64,000 bases of DNA, from assembly GCA_001949185.1 (NCBI GenBank), contig BDGG01000010.1, positions 1,187,773 to 1,251,772 on the forward strand, written 5' to 3'. This document shows, piece by piece, positions 24,527 through 36,743 of this stretch. A program made the position numbers and the translations under genes. The notes beneath the pieces are model-generated. The model saw nothing but the letters and a program-made list of their open reading frames with translations, was not told the DNA's origin and ran no database searches. Position 1 is the first letter of the stretch; every line of letters starts with the position of its first letter. This stretch comes from Ramazzottius varieornatus. Its lineage: Eukaryota; Animalia; Tardigrada.

Positions 24527-27500
24527 CTACGCATAGTAGGTGGGAGAAACTAGCAAGTCAGTGAGCATGGACAACTGCTCTTCGTCAAACTTCTTCTTGT
24601 GTTCGGTCCAGTTGTCCTGATGAGTACGTCGAAATTCCTTGATGGTGTTCTTGACTGTCTGGTTGATGGGCTGGTGATCGTTAACGTGGGTGCTCAGGAC
24701 CACGAGCACATCAGCGGTAAAGCCGACAATGGAGTAGGGATAGGCAGTGATGTAGGAACAGAGACCCAGGATGCCTGAATGTCGCGTGAGGAGAAGTTTG
24801 TTGTTGTCACCAGGGCGATACTTTGTGTTGGCCTTCTTGAAGAAACTCTCCAAGATGGACTTGTCCATGTTGAAAAAGCCGCACTGCACCAGACCAGCTA
24901 GTGTCAACGAAGCCGTTTCCCGGACTTCCACACTCTCATTCTCCAAACTCTGGTTAAGCAGGCAACAAGATGAATTTCGGAAAGGATAGTACGGGTGACA
25001 TAGATTACTTACCTGAGTGACGAGTTTCTGGACGCGTTGTATCCATTCATCCGAGCTTTTGAACGTGTAAAAGTTATTGAAGACAACAGTCTGAAGATGC
25101 TGTAACGCGAGAACCCTGTCTCGCCAAGGTGTACTTCCGGTACTGTCGCCGACGATATTCTCCATCTGCGTGAGCATTTCTTCCACTTCCGGTGCGGACA
25201 GTGCAGTCTGAGACAGGCAGACCAGAGCAGTCAGGCAATCGTTTCGAAGCTCCTCATCACGCGTGTCGCTCTCGAACCGGAAGAGGAATGGTAGGAACCA
25301 CTATCCAAGAATAACCGAATGTCTGAAAGTTAGATGACTAACATAAAGTTGGCGAATAATGCTTACCTGAGTTTGGGCAGGTGTGTGGCTCCAAGAAGCG
25401 ATAACTTCCTGTGCGATAGTCTTGACGACCGTCTTGAAGATCGCCATGGCTTGTTCGGTGTTCGTCTGCTTCGCGGGAGGCAACAGAAGTACTTTACACT
25501 TCGAAAATTGTTCTTCGAGGAAGCCCTTGAAGCGAGGACCTTGGTCTTGACCGGTACTCAGGTTGGAAAGCTTGACTTCGAAACGGAAGAGGTTGGCTAA
25601 GGTCCACGCGACTCGTTCTCGGTACCGTTCCTCCAATCGGTCCTTCATGAGATCGAGTACGCGGTAATGTAGATCACGCCGTCGCCAGTCGAACGAAACG
25701 AAAAAAGCGTTCTGAAGAACGTACAGCCGGGAGGATGCTTGGAAAGAGGTGTCATTCTTTGGAAGTTCGAAGAGTATCTTGAGGAAAGGGTAGATTCGAC
25801 GGGAATCACCTTTGTTCAATCCATGATGGGCAAACTCACCTGCAATATAAAACTCAAGCTGATATAAAATATTTAGTCTCAATCATCGCATATATGGCTG
25901 CAATGATTGACCTGCATACAGCGACCAATAATATGTCGATCAATAAGCATTATTATGCATGTATGAGGGTGCATGAAAGATGAATGAATCCTCTAGCATT
26001 CAACCTGATTAATTGGCAAAATGATCTACACAACGGACTCCGTTGAAAGGAGGATATTTGTACTAACCCCAGTCCGCCAGAGACTCGGTCGTAATATTGC
26101 TCAAAGCCGTTCGGATGAGTGGTGTGAGGACTTCCCACAGATGAGCGGCTTTCTTGTACGGCCATCTTCTTGAGCCTCGAATGATGCCAGCGAGGATCTC
26201 AGCCGCACATCGATGCTGGTGTTCTTCTTTGGAACTTATCAGCTTGGCAATGTGAGGCAAAAGTACGGGTAGGAACGCGTCTTCAAAGTGGCGGAAGAGA
26301 ACCCGGAAGATGGAGTATGTGAATGCATCGAACTTCCCGTGCATTCGTGAATCATCGACGGACAGTACGCGAACCAGGATGTCGACGTAGGAGTCTTCCA
26401 CCATCTTGTCGTAGATTACCTTCTCGAGCGGTGAGAGTGCTTCTGGCATCTTGTTGGGTGGTGGCTGATCCTTGATCGGAGCCGGCAACTGCAAAGCAAA
26501 ACCTAAATGAAGCCATAGGTGAAGAGTCGTCAACCTGATAGAGAGAACATCGATCACCTGCATACGCACTGTGCATGCTATCTGTCTAGATTTCTGTATG
26601 CAGGCAAGTGAAACGCTCCGCCCACTGATCTCGCCGCTTTATTCATGCAGCAAAAAACAAACGAACTGGTCTTCTTACTAATGTGGGGTACTGGTACCTG
26701 CAAAGGAGTGGGCCAGCCGTAGTAGCCATATCGGACTTTGTCGACGAAGACCGCGCTATCGTACTCCGTCTCGTTCTTCGGCAGTCTGCTCTCGTCGAAA
26801 CACACCCACAAGTTGTCCGACCTTATGCCAGCTTTCGGAATGTTGGTATTTGTCACTTTCGAAGACTTGAGTTCCATTGTGGTGTGAACTAGAGGGCGCT
26901 TGATCCACCGTAGGAAGCTCAACATAGGTTGCTGACAGAGCTTCCGCGCCTTTTCTGAACTCGGATTCGCCCAGTTGTCCATGAAGACATCAACCATGTT
27001 TGGTAAAAGCTCCACATCACGACGAACTACAATCATAAACAAACATAAGCATCCTTCACCGACAAAGATATAACAAAAAATTGGAGTAAAAACGCGAGGA
27101 AATGTGTATTTTTCTGCTCCAACTTCAACAAAATGGTAGTATATAATCTGGAATAAAACAGTGGAAAAATCTTACTCATGAAAGAAAGGGTATATAGAGC
27201 AAAATGGAATATCTTCGGTTTCGTCACTCTTTCTCGTACGAAATCCAGTAGCTCGTTGACTGTCTCAAAGTACAACTCTTCATTACGGCGACTTTCCTCC
27301 TTCCTCCTTTTCCACACTTCCTCGGTATCGACCATGTTCCCATCCAGCCCAGCACTCTTCGCCATTACCTTCGCCGCTTTGACAGCACCAGCAGATTTCG
27401 GAATAGTAATCATGGTGGTATTAAAATGGCGTTCCATCTTTTCAGCCAGTTTGTCAAAGACTATCGCCACAGTCTTACTTTCTGACACCACTTTCAACAA

Positions 27501-30500
27501 GGCAGGAAAGCACCTCGAGATGGTGTACCAGTCGTGTTTGAGAGGAAGTGAACCAGACTTTCCACCCAGCATCAAGTACAAACTACCCTTCATCTGTGCT
27601 ACTCGTTCTTTGGGACTTTCCTGCGACTCGACTAAGGCAGCCAAAATGTCATCGACGAAGAGAAGGTACGAGCATCGAATGTTACTCATGGCGCTGTGGA
27701 AGTAGTTCTGCCCCAGAATGCGAATGTCTTTGTACGGAACCATTGACAGCTTCATCATTTCTCGGAGAATACTGACACGCATCGTTGTTAATGGCGAACC
27801 TCGATGATCCTATAGAAAATCACATCTGTTAGATAAAATAATTATTTTACATGCACAGTGGATACTGAAATAGACTGGAACTTGGGCAAACAAAATCGAC
27901 AAGATCGTTTTTCCAGGTGGCGCTCGGTATCAGTTTTATCAGCTCGAAGAATAAGCCTCTTGGAAAAACGATCTTGTCGAGCTTATTCAACGAGCCTAAC
28001 TCATAGTGATGTGAAACGACGATAATAAGAGTAAAGCTTCGAATGATTACGAGTAAGGAGCAACCAAGTTGCATGACTTACGTAGTGACGTCGGTCGTGC
28101 TGGATGGCAACTCGTTCAATGATGAGGAGCCTCATCTGGAAATCTTTCTGTAAACCTAAGCTCCGTCCGAGCTGCTTCTTGGAGATCAGATGGCCTCTCA
28201 GTCTACCTTGAATGCTCTCACCGTTTACTCCTCGGAAGAACATCAGCGACCGGAAGATCCTCAGGATAATCTTGATGGCCTTGACGTTGTCGGAATCCGT
28301 CGTTGTGACTTTGGTGAGGACTGGCTGAATGTGCTCGAGGATCACCTGCCTGGCAGGCCGACCTGGAAAAAAATTTCGGTAACTCAGAACGGTAGAACGG
28401 ATAATATCTTGGAAGTTACCTAATATCTGGATTTCGCGATCACAACCAATTTCCGGATCGGGTCGCTTCGAGTAAATCTCTACCATAGATTCACACGGCA
28501 TGACTCTGTGCTCTGGTGTCGAGTCGAATGGGAATCGAGCAGCGGCCCCATTCAGACATGACTCTACCAGAATCAGCGTTCGTTCTAGTTCTTTCCGCTT
28601 CAGCGTTTCCTCTCCGCTACTATGATGCTTCAGTTTGTCCAAAGCAGGAACCAGGAACTGCGCAATGAACTCTTCCGCACAGCCCATCTCTTCTTCGCTT
28701 GGAACATGCCATTCGATCTTGACGTCGTTTTGCTTGACGGACTGGCACCAGTGTCTGACAGGAATGAACTCGTCGGCTGTGAGACCGAGCTCTTCTGGGA
28801 CGAGAGACCTGATGTTGATTGCGAATGTGGTTAGGAGACCGATGAAGGTGGAGCGAGCTAGCCCCGCAGTCAACTTGAATAGCGCGATGGATTTGGTCTG
28901 GAGCAAAATGTGAAGACACTTGATCAGCGCTGGTTTGGCATCCAAGATGAACCTGCAAACAAACTTTCATATGAAACCTATTCCCAACGGGAACTATATC
29001 AACCTTTTGTGAACCTGCATACAGGAAACCATATGACAGCTACTTGGCAAAGTATGCGGGTGGATGAAATCAAGAGTACAGTAAATACACCTGCATACCC
29101 ACACGCGTCACGAGTCTACAAATTCCTGTACGCAGGAGAAAATGAGGTATATGTTTCTTTCGATTACGCATACCGGCCAGCTTGGCTAACCGCGTCCGTG
29201 GCAACTTTGACCGTCCATGCGATTTCTTCGTCGGGTTCCTCATTCTCGGCAATCGCGTCAGCAGCGAGAGTAACTCGGCTCTTCAGTAGTTTCATGACTG
29301 GATCGAACAGTTCTGTCTTTGCAATAGCCGGACGGAACTTCAGGGCGATACTGCAGAAGCCAGCCACCACGTTACCCGTATAGTGACCATGATTGAGGTT
29401 GCCATCTGTTATGAACTTGAAGATGCGCTGGAGAAGCACTTGACAGATCTGATCGCTGGACTGGTAGATGAGTGTAGCGACCACGGAGGACATGCCTAAT
29501 CGCGTGAACCTTTCCTCCAGCGTCATCTTCTCGTTGTCTCGCGAACTGGAATCGTGCCGACCGTTACTGGCATCGCATGTTGAGTTCGAGATATACTACA
29601 GACACAAACAAGGAACTTAGTTAGACATTCTGACTTTGGGTTGAGCAAATTTTTCCACTGAATCGTACAGTGAGACAACGCTCAATACACTGGAGGGCGA
29701 ACTCTTCAAAGCCTGCACTAGCATAACACAATTCTCGTTCTTCCTCCGTCAGTTCCGGACGCTCTGCATAACGGGAACAGTCTTCTAACGGAACGAAGGA
29801 CAGTACACACCTAAAACGACAAAAGGAATCTGAAATCGATATCATGGTATGAAAATAGACAAAAGGATGGAAGACCCACGTTATGAACTGGAAAGCACAA
29901 GCGCTCTTCTTGAAGTCGTTCGAGTCGATCCCAGGTAACACCGCCATCAACAGCGGCACCACATGCTTCCTTCCTCCTTCAATTCCGAACAAGCTACGCG
30001 TACAGATGGTCATCGCGGACAGACTAGCTGTTAGTCGGTGAGGCTCGGTCAGAGAATCCAGCGACGGATAGAGATGGTCCAGCAGTTCGGGAACTATGAG
30101 ATCTGGTGTGAGTTCGCCCAACGATTTCAGCGCGAACAATGTCTCTAATCGCGACATCATGTTCTTGCTGTACATACTCAGAAGAGCCAGCGGCTTCATC
30201 GCTGTCACGAACCGTCGGATTCTTTCGTCAGAGATGTGCGCTTGAGTCGGAATAGGCGGCTGCCATGAAGCTTTCCTATATCTGGAAAAATAATCTTTCA
30301 CATTATACTTCCGACTTATACACTCAAAATTTTCAAATCTCTTATTTTGAAGAAACGGTGCTAATATTATGATCAGAGTATAGCACTTGGTGCTCACCTC
30401 TCTGCGTTGATTCGACTGACCAAGCACATCGGCAGCTTCATCACGATGCTCGAAAGCCTTCCAGTCCATTCTCCATTGTTGGAAGGATAAAAGTACGTCT

Positions 30501-31792
30501 CGACAGCTTTGAACAAGTCTTCCAAAGCAGCCGAGCACGCATCGTCGTGCAACATGGCAATGGGCCACACCGCCGCGCTGACCACGTCAAAGCCCTTATT
30601 CTCTCCGACAATCTTGACGCGCTTCTTACCCACCGGAAGCTTGATGTTACGTAAGTATTTCGTAAATATCACAGAAACGTAGGGAGTCCAATCGATGTGA
30701 CCAATGTTGTCCATGGCTAAGCGGGATAAGAGAGCCACCATGTCCCCCTCCCAACTCGGGACATTAGCGAAGGACAACCAAATGCCCATGAACTCTTCAA
30801 ACCACAGCTTCCACTGGGTTTCGCCTTGTCGCATCATCGTGGGCAGAAAGTTCGAGAAGTACGTCATGGCTTTCTTCATGGACGTGTCGTAGGGACAGAG
30901 TAACGGACGCCATTCTTCCAGCATTTCCTCCGTGCTTTCTGAAAAGATACAATATGATAATATGTTGAATGATACCAAGCAAGGCGCAAACAAGGCTAGT
31001 CGACCACCCAGTACAGTTTACTGCATGACGTCATCGCGCGCATGTTGGCTGCTAGGTGGCCGACACATCCAGAATGGCCAACTCGCGTCCAGTTCTATGG
31101 CAATGATGCAGCAGAATTTGGATCCGTCCACAAAGAGGCTTACCTCTGGAGAAGTATGGACGACAGCTCTGGATGACCATGGTGAGGTTCTTTCCCATAT
31201 TATCCGGGGTGATGGCCAAGCCATGGCGTTCGTCGCGATTGTACTGGTGACGTTCGACCGTGTCGTATAGTTTTCGCCAGGGAATCTGCAAGTCATCCGG
31301 CGACAACAGCCTGAAGTCCTTCAGTAGGTCATTCAGAGTCTGGCACAGACGGGAAACGAGCTGAGGCTCCATCTGTTCATCCACAACCAACTCGAAGAAC
31401 AGGTGGACTAGCTGGACGTGTTGCTCTTTGGTGAAACGGCGTCCGTGCAGCCGGAAGTACTGATCAAGCTTCGCACACCAGACAATCAAGCCTGGACGGT
31501 AATCGCCAGTCATCCTGGAATAAAAACAGATTTTATGTGCAGTGAACGGGTACATGCTGATTGCTGAAAATATAACTTACACAGACTTCGCGAGACCTTC
31601 TATGATTTCCGCCAGCCACGTCGAAGCTTCTTCTTCCAGCTTGTCTTCATATGGAAGCTTGAAGTTGAATGGAAGAGTCTGCTGAAAGCGTACCTGAGAA
31701 GGCCTGCGTGCAATCTCGTCGTCGTCATCTTCTTCATCAAAATCCTGAAGATCGATGACGTCTTCGACATCTGGCATGTCGACTTCCAACAT
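24527..31792 (-). CDS. PSME4: Proteasome activator complex subunit 4 (PA200/Blm10), multi-exon
   Basis: LEEWRPLLCPYD, YFYPSNNGEW, LYPSLDSLTEPHRL, LPGIDSNDFKKS, QHRCAAEILAGIIRGSRRW, RHSGILGLCSYITAYPY, EFRRTHQDNW, and C-terminal LLVSPTYYA* (HbYX gate-opening motif). Confidence 0.96.
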
Positions 31793-32455
31793 CTTGTTGC
31801 TACATGCAAAAAAAAACCGTCAGTGCTCAGACTGTGGGTCCGACCGGAGTTACTAGAAGTTTTGAACACTTACCTTTAGAAATAACGGGAGAAAACGAAC
31901 TCGGATGTCAGCCTGTGTCAGGAAACTCCGGATCCTAAACAAAGTGGGATCGCAGAAGTCGGCAGCGAAGATGCACTCCAATACTAATACGGCAGTTACG
32001 ACTGTCTCAACTGTCGAAGACTTGTGTTCATGAATGCATCATCCAGCTAGACTATGATGCGCCAACAAACTACCATAAACTCCCTCCAACGCAACAACTG
32101 TGAGATTGCTTCATCATCGAGATGACGAACATCAGAGCAACCGGAAGTGATTTTACAAAATTGTGAAAAGAAATTACGGAGCTGTCCAGAAAATTTTATG
32201 CCGACTCATAAACGAGTAAAACGACACCGCGTGGCCTGGCACTTTGGCAGCTTACTCTTGCTGAATCAAACAATCAAGCTTAGTTGGCAGGATGCAGGAG
32301 AGATTTCTCCCTCGCAAACTCTTCATTCTACATGCAGTATTTCTAATGATAATTATTATCGTGAACATTTGATCAAGGGATTTTATTGGTTCCCGATGCA
32401 ACCGCAAGGATCTTGCCAGAGTGATCCTGCTTTTGAGCGACGACCGACCTGCTAT

Positions 32456-35254
32456 TTATTTAGGAAGCCACTTTGACCACTGACCATCTGCGGGGAGACA
32501 AGATTCGTCATTGCAATGTCTATGCTTTTCTAATATCTTTTCTAATCGCTCCTCATAGGTCTGAAGAATTATATCATCCGCACTTTTCAAAGACGGTTTT
32601 CTACAGCGCTGAAACGGCGAGCTAGGTACAACGGACTGAAAAAGGCACCCGCTCGACAAGTATTCCGATCTGGAAAAGTCAAAGGTACGCGAAGAAGGGA
32701 AGGTTCGATTTCTATAAGAAGAATCGTTGTATTTACAGGTCATGATGTCTGGCTCGTGGGTTTCGTCAGCTTTGTCCAACACCGCCACAGTGGGTCTACA
32801 CGGACTGGCCGCTCTTCTGGCAGGCGACTTCGCTCGGAATGCAAGCTCCTTCGTTCGTACAGAGTCAATCTTGTCAGAAGGGTATTGTGAGCATATAATC
32901 TGCTGAGAACGTTTGTGCAGTAAGTCCAGATCCGACGTGACGTTGCTCAAGACGTCTTCGAACTTTCGATACTGACTGTTATCGGGACTTGAGTCCATTT
33001 CTGCATCATGCGGGTACTTCGAAAGATCAGACCGCAGCACGCGCTGCTGAAGTCTACGGTTTTCGGCCGTAAGTTGTTCAACGCTGCTTTTGAGTTTTTC
33101 ATTTTCTCGTTCAAGACACCTAAGTCTGTCAGATGTGACATCATCGCCTCCTTGTAATGCATCAACGTGCCTTTCCAGGAAGCGCGCTCTAGAACTGAAA
33201 CGATCACAGACGACAGCACTGGAACCGGGACAGGAAACCCGCCAGCGAGGGGGATCTTCGAACCCTACATGACGGTTCAGGAAGCTTCGAAGACCCGTCG
33301 GACATTCACGGACTTTGAATCTGTCCAGGTGCGTGTTGCAGGGTGAGTCAGGATTCAAACTTGGCTCTAAGCGTTGTGATGGGCTGGTTCCACGCTTTGT
33401 TTGGTTAGAGCAGTCAAGGGATTGATGTGTATCGCGGATTTGCGAAGTTGGTTCCGGCGGTTCGCGCTTTGTTTCTTCTGTCTCGTTAGACTCTGTGCTG
33501 GTTGAAGGTAGGTACCGCATGTGAGTGGATTCAGAAGGAAATTGCTCGGACCGTACGGCTTGGATCCCCGTGTGCTCGTATTCGGTGACTATGACTGGCT
33601 CTTTGAACTTTACCTGATGCTCTTTTCTGGACAGTATTGACGGAGTAGCGGGCAAGATTTGCTGTCTAGCGACGTCTGCTTTTGCAGGGTGTCTTCTAAG
33701 ATATTCCAGCAACTCCGTGAGTACTTTGCGCACACTAGCTCGAGTTTCCTCTTCCAAGACCGAAGGCGCTCTGGGAGTTCCCTCTGGTTTCGCATCGTCT
33801 TTAATATGGCAGGAATGGGTCTCGACGTGATATCCGTCATGTGTTGACTGATGATGTGAGCGATGCGGAGAATGGCGATGAGCAACAGGTTTTTCGTTTC
33901 CGTGGGTGGGATGCAATTGGGATGAGTGAGTCTTTGAAGGAGTTTTAGCCACCAGCTGACTTCGGCTCGGCTTTAGTGTAACAGGCGGCACGTCCTGCGG
34001 GCTGGTAGCCTTTTGTGTATGTTCGTGCTTCCCGGGATGGGAGTGGTGTGGGTGGAGTAGTGGAAATTGTGTTTGAGGAGACTTCTCTATCGTGATCGAC
34101 TGGGTGTTCTCCCGGACGTGGACCCTAACGACTTCTGGTGGGCTGGGTATAGCAACAGGCGTGCTTTCCACAAACTTTTTGCTTTTCCTTCGATCGGACT
34201 TTTTGTCTGATTTTACAGGACGACTTCCATGCCGGACAGGGTCGTGGACCAGATGATGCCGACGGACAATGGTAATTTCTTCTGAACGCGGGCTCTCGGA
34301 TGGGTTATCTATAGGTGGCAGAATTTGCACGGAGCTGGGATAAATGTAATGATGTTCTTTGTGCTCACTATTTTCTGCAGACTTTACTTGATGGACATGG
34401 GCGTGGTTGTGGTGGTGCCCGGGAGGGCGGAGACTAAGGCCATGATGGTCACTTCTCTCTGTGCTCGGTACGCTTCCTTGTTGGGAGGATTGGTGCTCGG
34501 AAACTGTAGACTCTGTCGCTTCCGGTCTGTGCGTTTCGTCACCTTCATGTGATATTTCTGTATCGCCATTTCTTTCCTGAATGTTGCCTTTATGGTCGTG
34601 CTTCTGTTTGTGGTTTTCCCGATTATGACGTTCATGCTTTGCATGGCGGTGTTGCCCGTGGACTTCTCCTCCATGAACATGCCCTGGATGATGATGAGGT
34701 ACTTCCTGCTCATTCTGGGTGTGATGGTGACTTCCGTAAATGTCGTAGTCATGAGACTCTATGAACTGATGATGTTTATGACTGTGAGGAGAAGAAGTTT
34801 CGGGGTAGGGATCATGGACGTGAAGATGGCGACCAGCGGAGATTCCGGAGGAATGACCTGCACGTTCATCTGCATGTTCGTGCTGTGGATCCGCATGATG
34901 GGATTCATGGCCGGACTCGGACCCAGAATGCGGTTGTGTCATCTGGCTGGATATACTTCCGTAATGAACTGAATGCTTTTGACCATGATCCAGAGAATGT
35001 CCGTGAGAGAGGGTTTCGTGGTGCGCAGAGTGATGTGGGTCGTGCGGGTTGGCCGAAGAAACCGATCCGTGGTGCGCAGAATGATGTGGGTCGTGCGGGT
35101 TGGTCGAAGAAACTGATCCGTGATGCTCGGGGATAACGCGATCCACAGTCTTATCAATAGTATTCGTCACGGCTTGAGAGCGAAGAGTATGATCAATGGC
35201 TTCATGGAAGACGGTCTGAATTACCGCTTGCAGAAGCTCATGCTGGATCGACAT
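32456..35254 (-). CDS. Intronless 932-aa His/Ser/Pro-rich disordered protein with a short C-terminal coiled coil; orphan
   Basis: 2.8-kb uninterrupted ORF with ATG start. N-terminal half is densely His-rich; contains a heptad segment RLRCLERENEKLKSSVEQLTAENRRLQQRVL. Confidence 0.8.
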   Translation of the reverse strand: MSIQHELLQAVIQTVFHEAIDHTLRSQAVTNTIDKTVDRVIPEHHGSVSSTNPHDPHHSAHHGSVSSANPHDPHHSAHHETLSHGHSLDHGQKHSVHYGSISSQMTQPHSGSESGHESHHADPQHEHADERAGHSSGISAGRHLHVHDPYPETSSPHSHKHHQFIESHDYDIYGSHHHTQNEQEVPHHHPGHVHGGEVHGQHRHAKHERHNRENHKQKHDHKGNIQERNGDTEISHEGDETHRPEATESTVSEHQSSQQGSVPSTERSDHHGLSLRPPGHHHNHAHVHQVKSAENSEHKEHHYIYPSSVQILPPIDNPSESPRSEEITIVRRHHLVHDPVRHGSRPVKSDKKSDRRKSKKFVESTPVAIPSPPEVVRVHVRENTQSITIEKSPQTQFPLLHPHHSHPGKHEHTQKATSPQDVPPVTLKPSRSQLVAKTPSKTHSSQLHPTHGNEKPVAHRHSPHRSHHQSTHDGYHVETHSCHIKDDAKPEGTPRAPSVLEEETRASVRKVLTELLEYLRRHPAKADVARQQILPATPSILSRKEHQVKFKEPVIVTEYEHTGIQAVRSEQFPSESTHMRYLPSTSTESNETEETKREPPEPTSQIRDTHQSLDCSNQTKRGTSPSQRLEPSLNPDSPCNTHLDRFKVRECPTGLRSFLNRHVGFEDPPRWRVSCPGSSAVVCDRFSSRARFLERHVDALQGGDDVTSDRLRCLERENEKLKSSVEQLTAENRRLQQRVLRSDLSKYPHDAEMDSSPDNSQYRKFEDVLSNVTSDLDLLHKRSQQIICSQYPSDKIDSVRTKELAFRAKSPARRAASPCRPTVAVLDKADETHEPDIMTCKYNDSSYRNRTFPSSRTFDFSRSEYLSSGCLFQSVVPSSPFQRCRKPSLKSADDIILQTYEERLEKILEKHRHCNDESCLPADGQWSKWLPK
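35018..35119. repeat. Two tandem 51-bp copies, in frame, encoding the 17-aa unit GSVSS(T/A)NPHDPHHSAHH
   Basis: gtggtgcgcaga(g/a)tgatgtgggtcgtgcgggttgg(c/t)cgaagaaac(c/t)gatcc twice, with 3 mismatches. Confidence 0.9.
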
Positions 35255-35722
35255 GAGTACGGACCAGGAACTGAGTCAATATGTATTTGCATGGCTTTGA
35301 GACTAAACTAATATACTAAGCTTAAACCTTCTCGGCACATCTCTGGACTTGTCCGGCTTGAGCCACGATGGTGGCTACTTAGGGTGGAATACTACACGGA
35401 ACCAAGTGGCACACAGCGGTGTGGGTCACGTGACGCGATCGAAACGAACGGGAGCTTGTTGCGAAGACTACGGCTTCCGGGGCTAATATGGTTTAGTGGG
35501 ACCGGCAGCGCTACTATACTGCGGAAAGGGTTTTCTGCGCACTGGTACGGCAAATGCTTTTGCTTTCTGTGTGTTTGATGTGGTTTTGAAATTTGAATGC
35601 TGTACTCCAGGACAGCAAATGTTTGCATCAAAAAATCTGCATAAAGCATATCTTACGATAACATACAGAACGTTCACTGTAGCAGTCAGACTGAAGGTAG
35701 TATGCGTGAATATTAAAACAAA

Positions 35723-36484
35723 TTATTTGTTATTGGTGACCACATGAGTCGAAACACCACTGCTGAAGGTCGAACCGGCGCTAGTGTCCATCTGGACTCG
35801 TACATTAGTGGCTAGTTTGCTCTGCTCGAGAGCCTTCAGTGCGAGTTGCCTTTCGTGTTCCAGCTCCTTCTTTGCGTACTTGGCTTCCAGTTCGATCTCG
35901 CGCTTTTGACGGTCAATGGCAGTTTCCACAATTTCCTTCCGGAATTCAACGTCCCTGGCATGCTGCGCCTCTAACTGCTTGCGGATTTTCTCAGCCTGAT
36001 TTCGGAAAAATAATCATGCACTTTTTACTTCGCTGTCAAAGTAGGTAGGGTGTGCAATATTCGTACCTCGGCTTCAGCTTCCTTTCGATAGGCTTCGGTC
36101 TTCTTTTCCAAATCTTTCTCATGTTGTCGGGCGATCGTTTCCTGATAAGAATAAAACTGAAAATCAAATGTCTTCTACTATTGCTGAGTTGAAGTTCGGG
36201 AGGTCTCTTACGGCATGTTGTCTGAATGAAGATACCTGTTCGCGTTGGTAACGGGCGTTATCCTCGGCGGACTTCTGTCGGAGCTCGGGAGTATCGTGGA
36301 CAATAGGGACGGCCGAAGCAGAAACTCGAGCGGTAGAGGTGGTACCTCCGTGGCTAACGAGCTCTTCGGCCAAGCCGCTGACACCGGAAGCGATGACCGG
36401 CGACATGCTTTGAATAACAGGTGCCTTCATCTCGGTGTGCGTGTACTCCTTATAGTCGTGATGGTCTCCAACATGGTGCGACAT
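35723..36484 (-). CDS. CAHS: Tardigrade CAHS (cytoplasmic abundant heat-soluble) protein, 198 aa; exons 36484-36236, 36141-36067, 35995-35723
   Basis: Spliced sequence …YTHTEMKAP…SGLAEELV…ARVSA…YQREQ|[25 protein letters not shown]|[78 protein letters not shown] contains the conserved CAHS helical C-terminal motifs. Both introns are phase-0 GT-AG. Confidence 0.95.
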
Positions 36485-36743
36485 TGTGAATAGGGGAATG
36501 TTCTGAAGTAAGTAGAAAGTGCTAGTATCACAGCAAGAGCGTCGTAAGGCAAATTTGCGTTCCGAAAACTAATAGGGCTTTTCGAAATATTTGTGACCAG
36601 TTTCCCTTCTGGTTCGAGATAGTTGCCAGGTTCGGTTCTGTTTTTCTGACTTTGAACTCTAATTGGAGTATATTTGAGGAAAGACCGCAGTCTGAAGTAT
36701 ACCCATGTGTTTCACGTTACTTTTGGGCTGATAAATTTTCCGA

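Noticed and set aside
25835-25845. cAG|GTGAGT in PSME4 (and similar AG|GT junctions elsewhere) as recursive splice sites
   Set aside because: The downstream sequence is needed coding sequence (DWG|EFAHHGLNKGDSRR aligns with PA200). AG|GT at exon starts is the common proto-splice pattern, and the introns are short.
36495-36640. Heat-shock elements upstream of CAHS
   Set aside because: GAA/TTC units are present, but not three correctly spaced alternating nGAAn pentamers.
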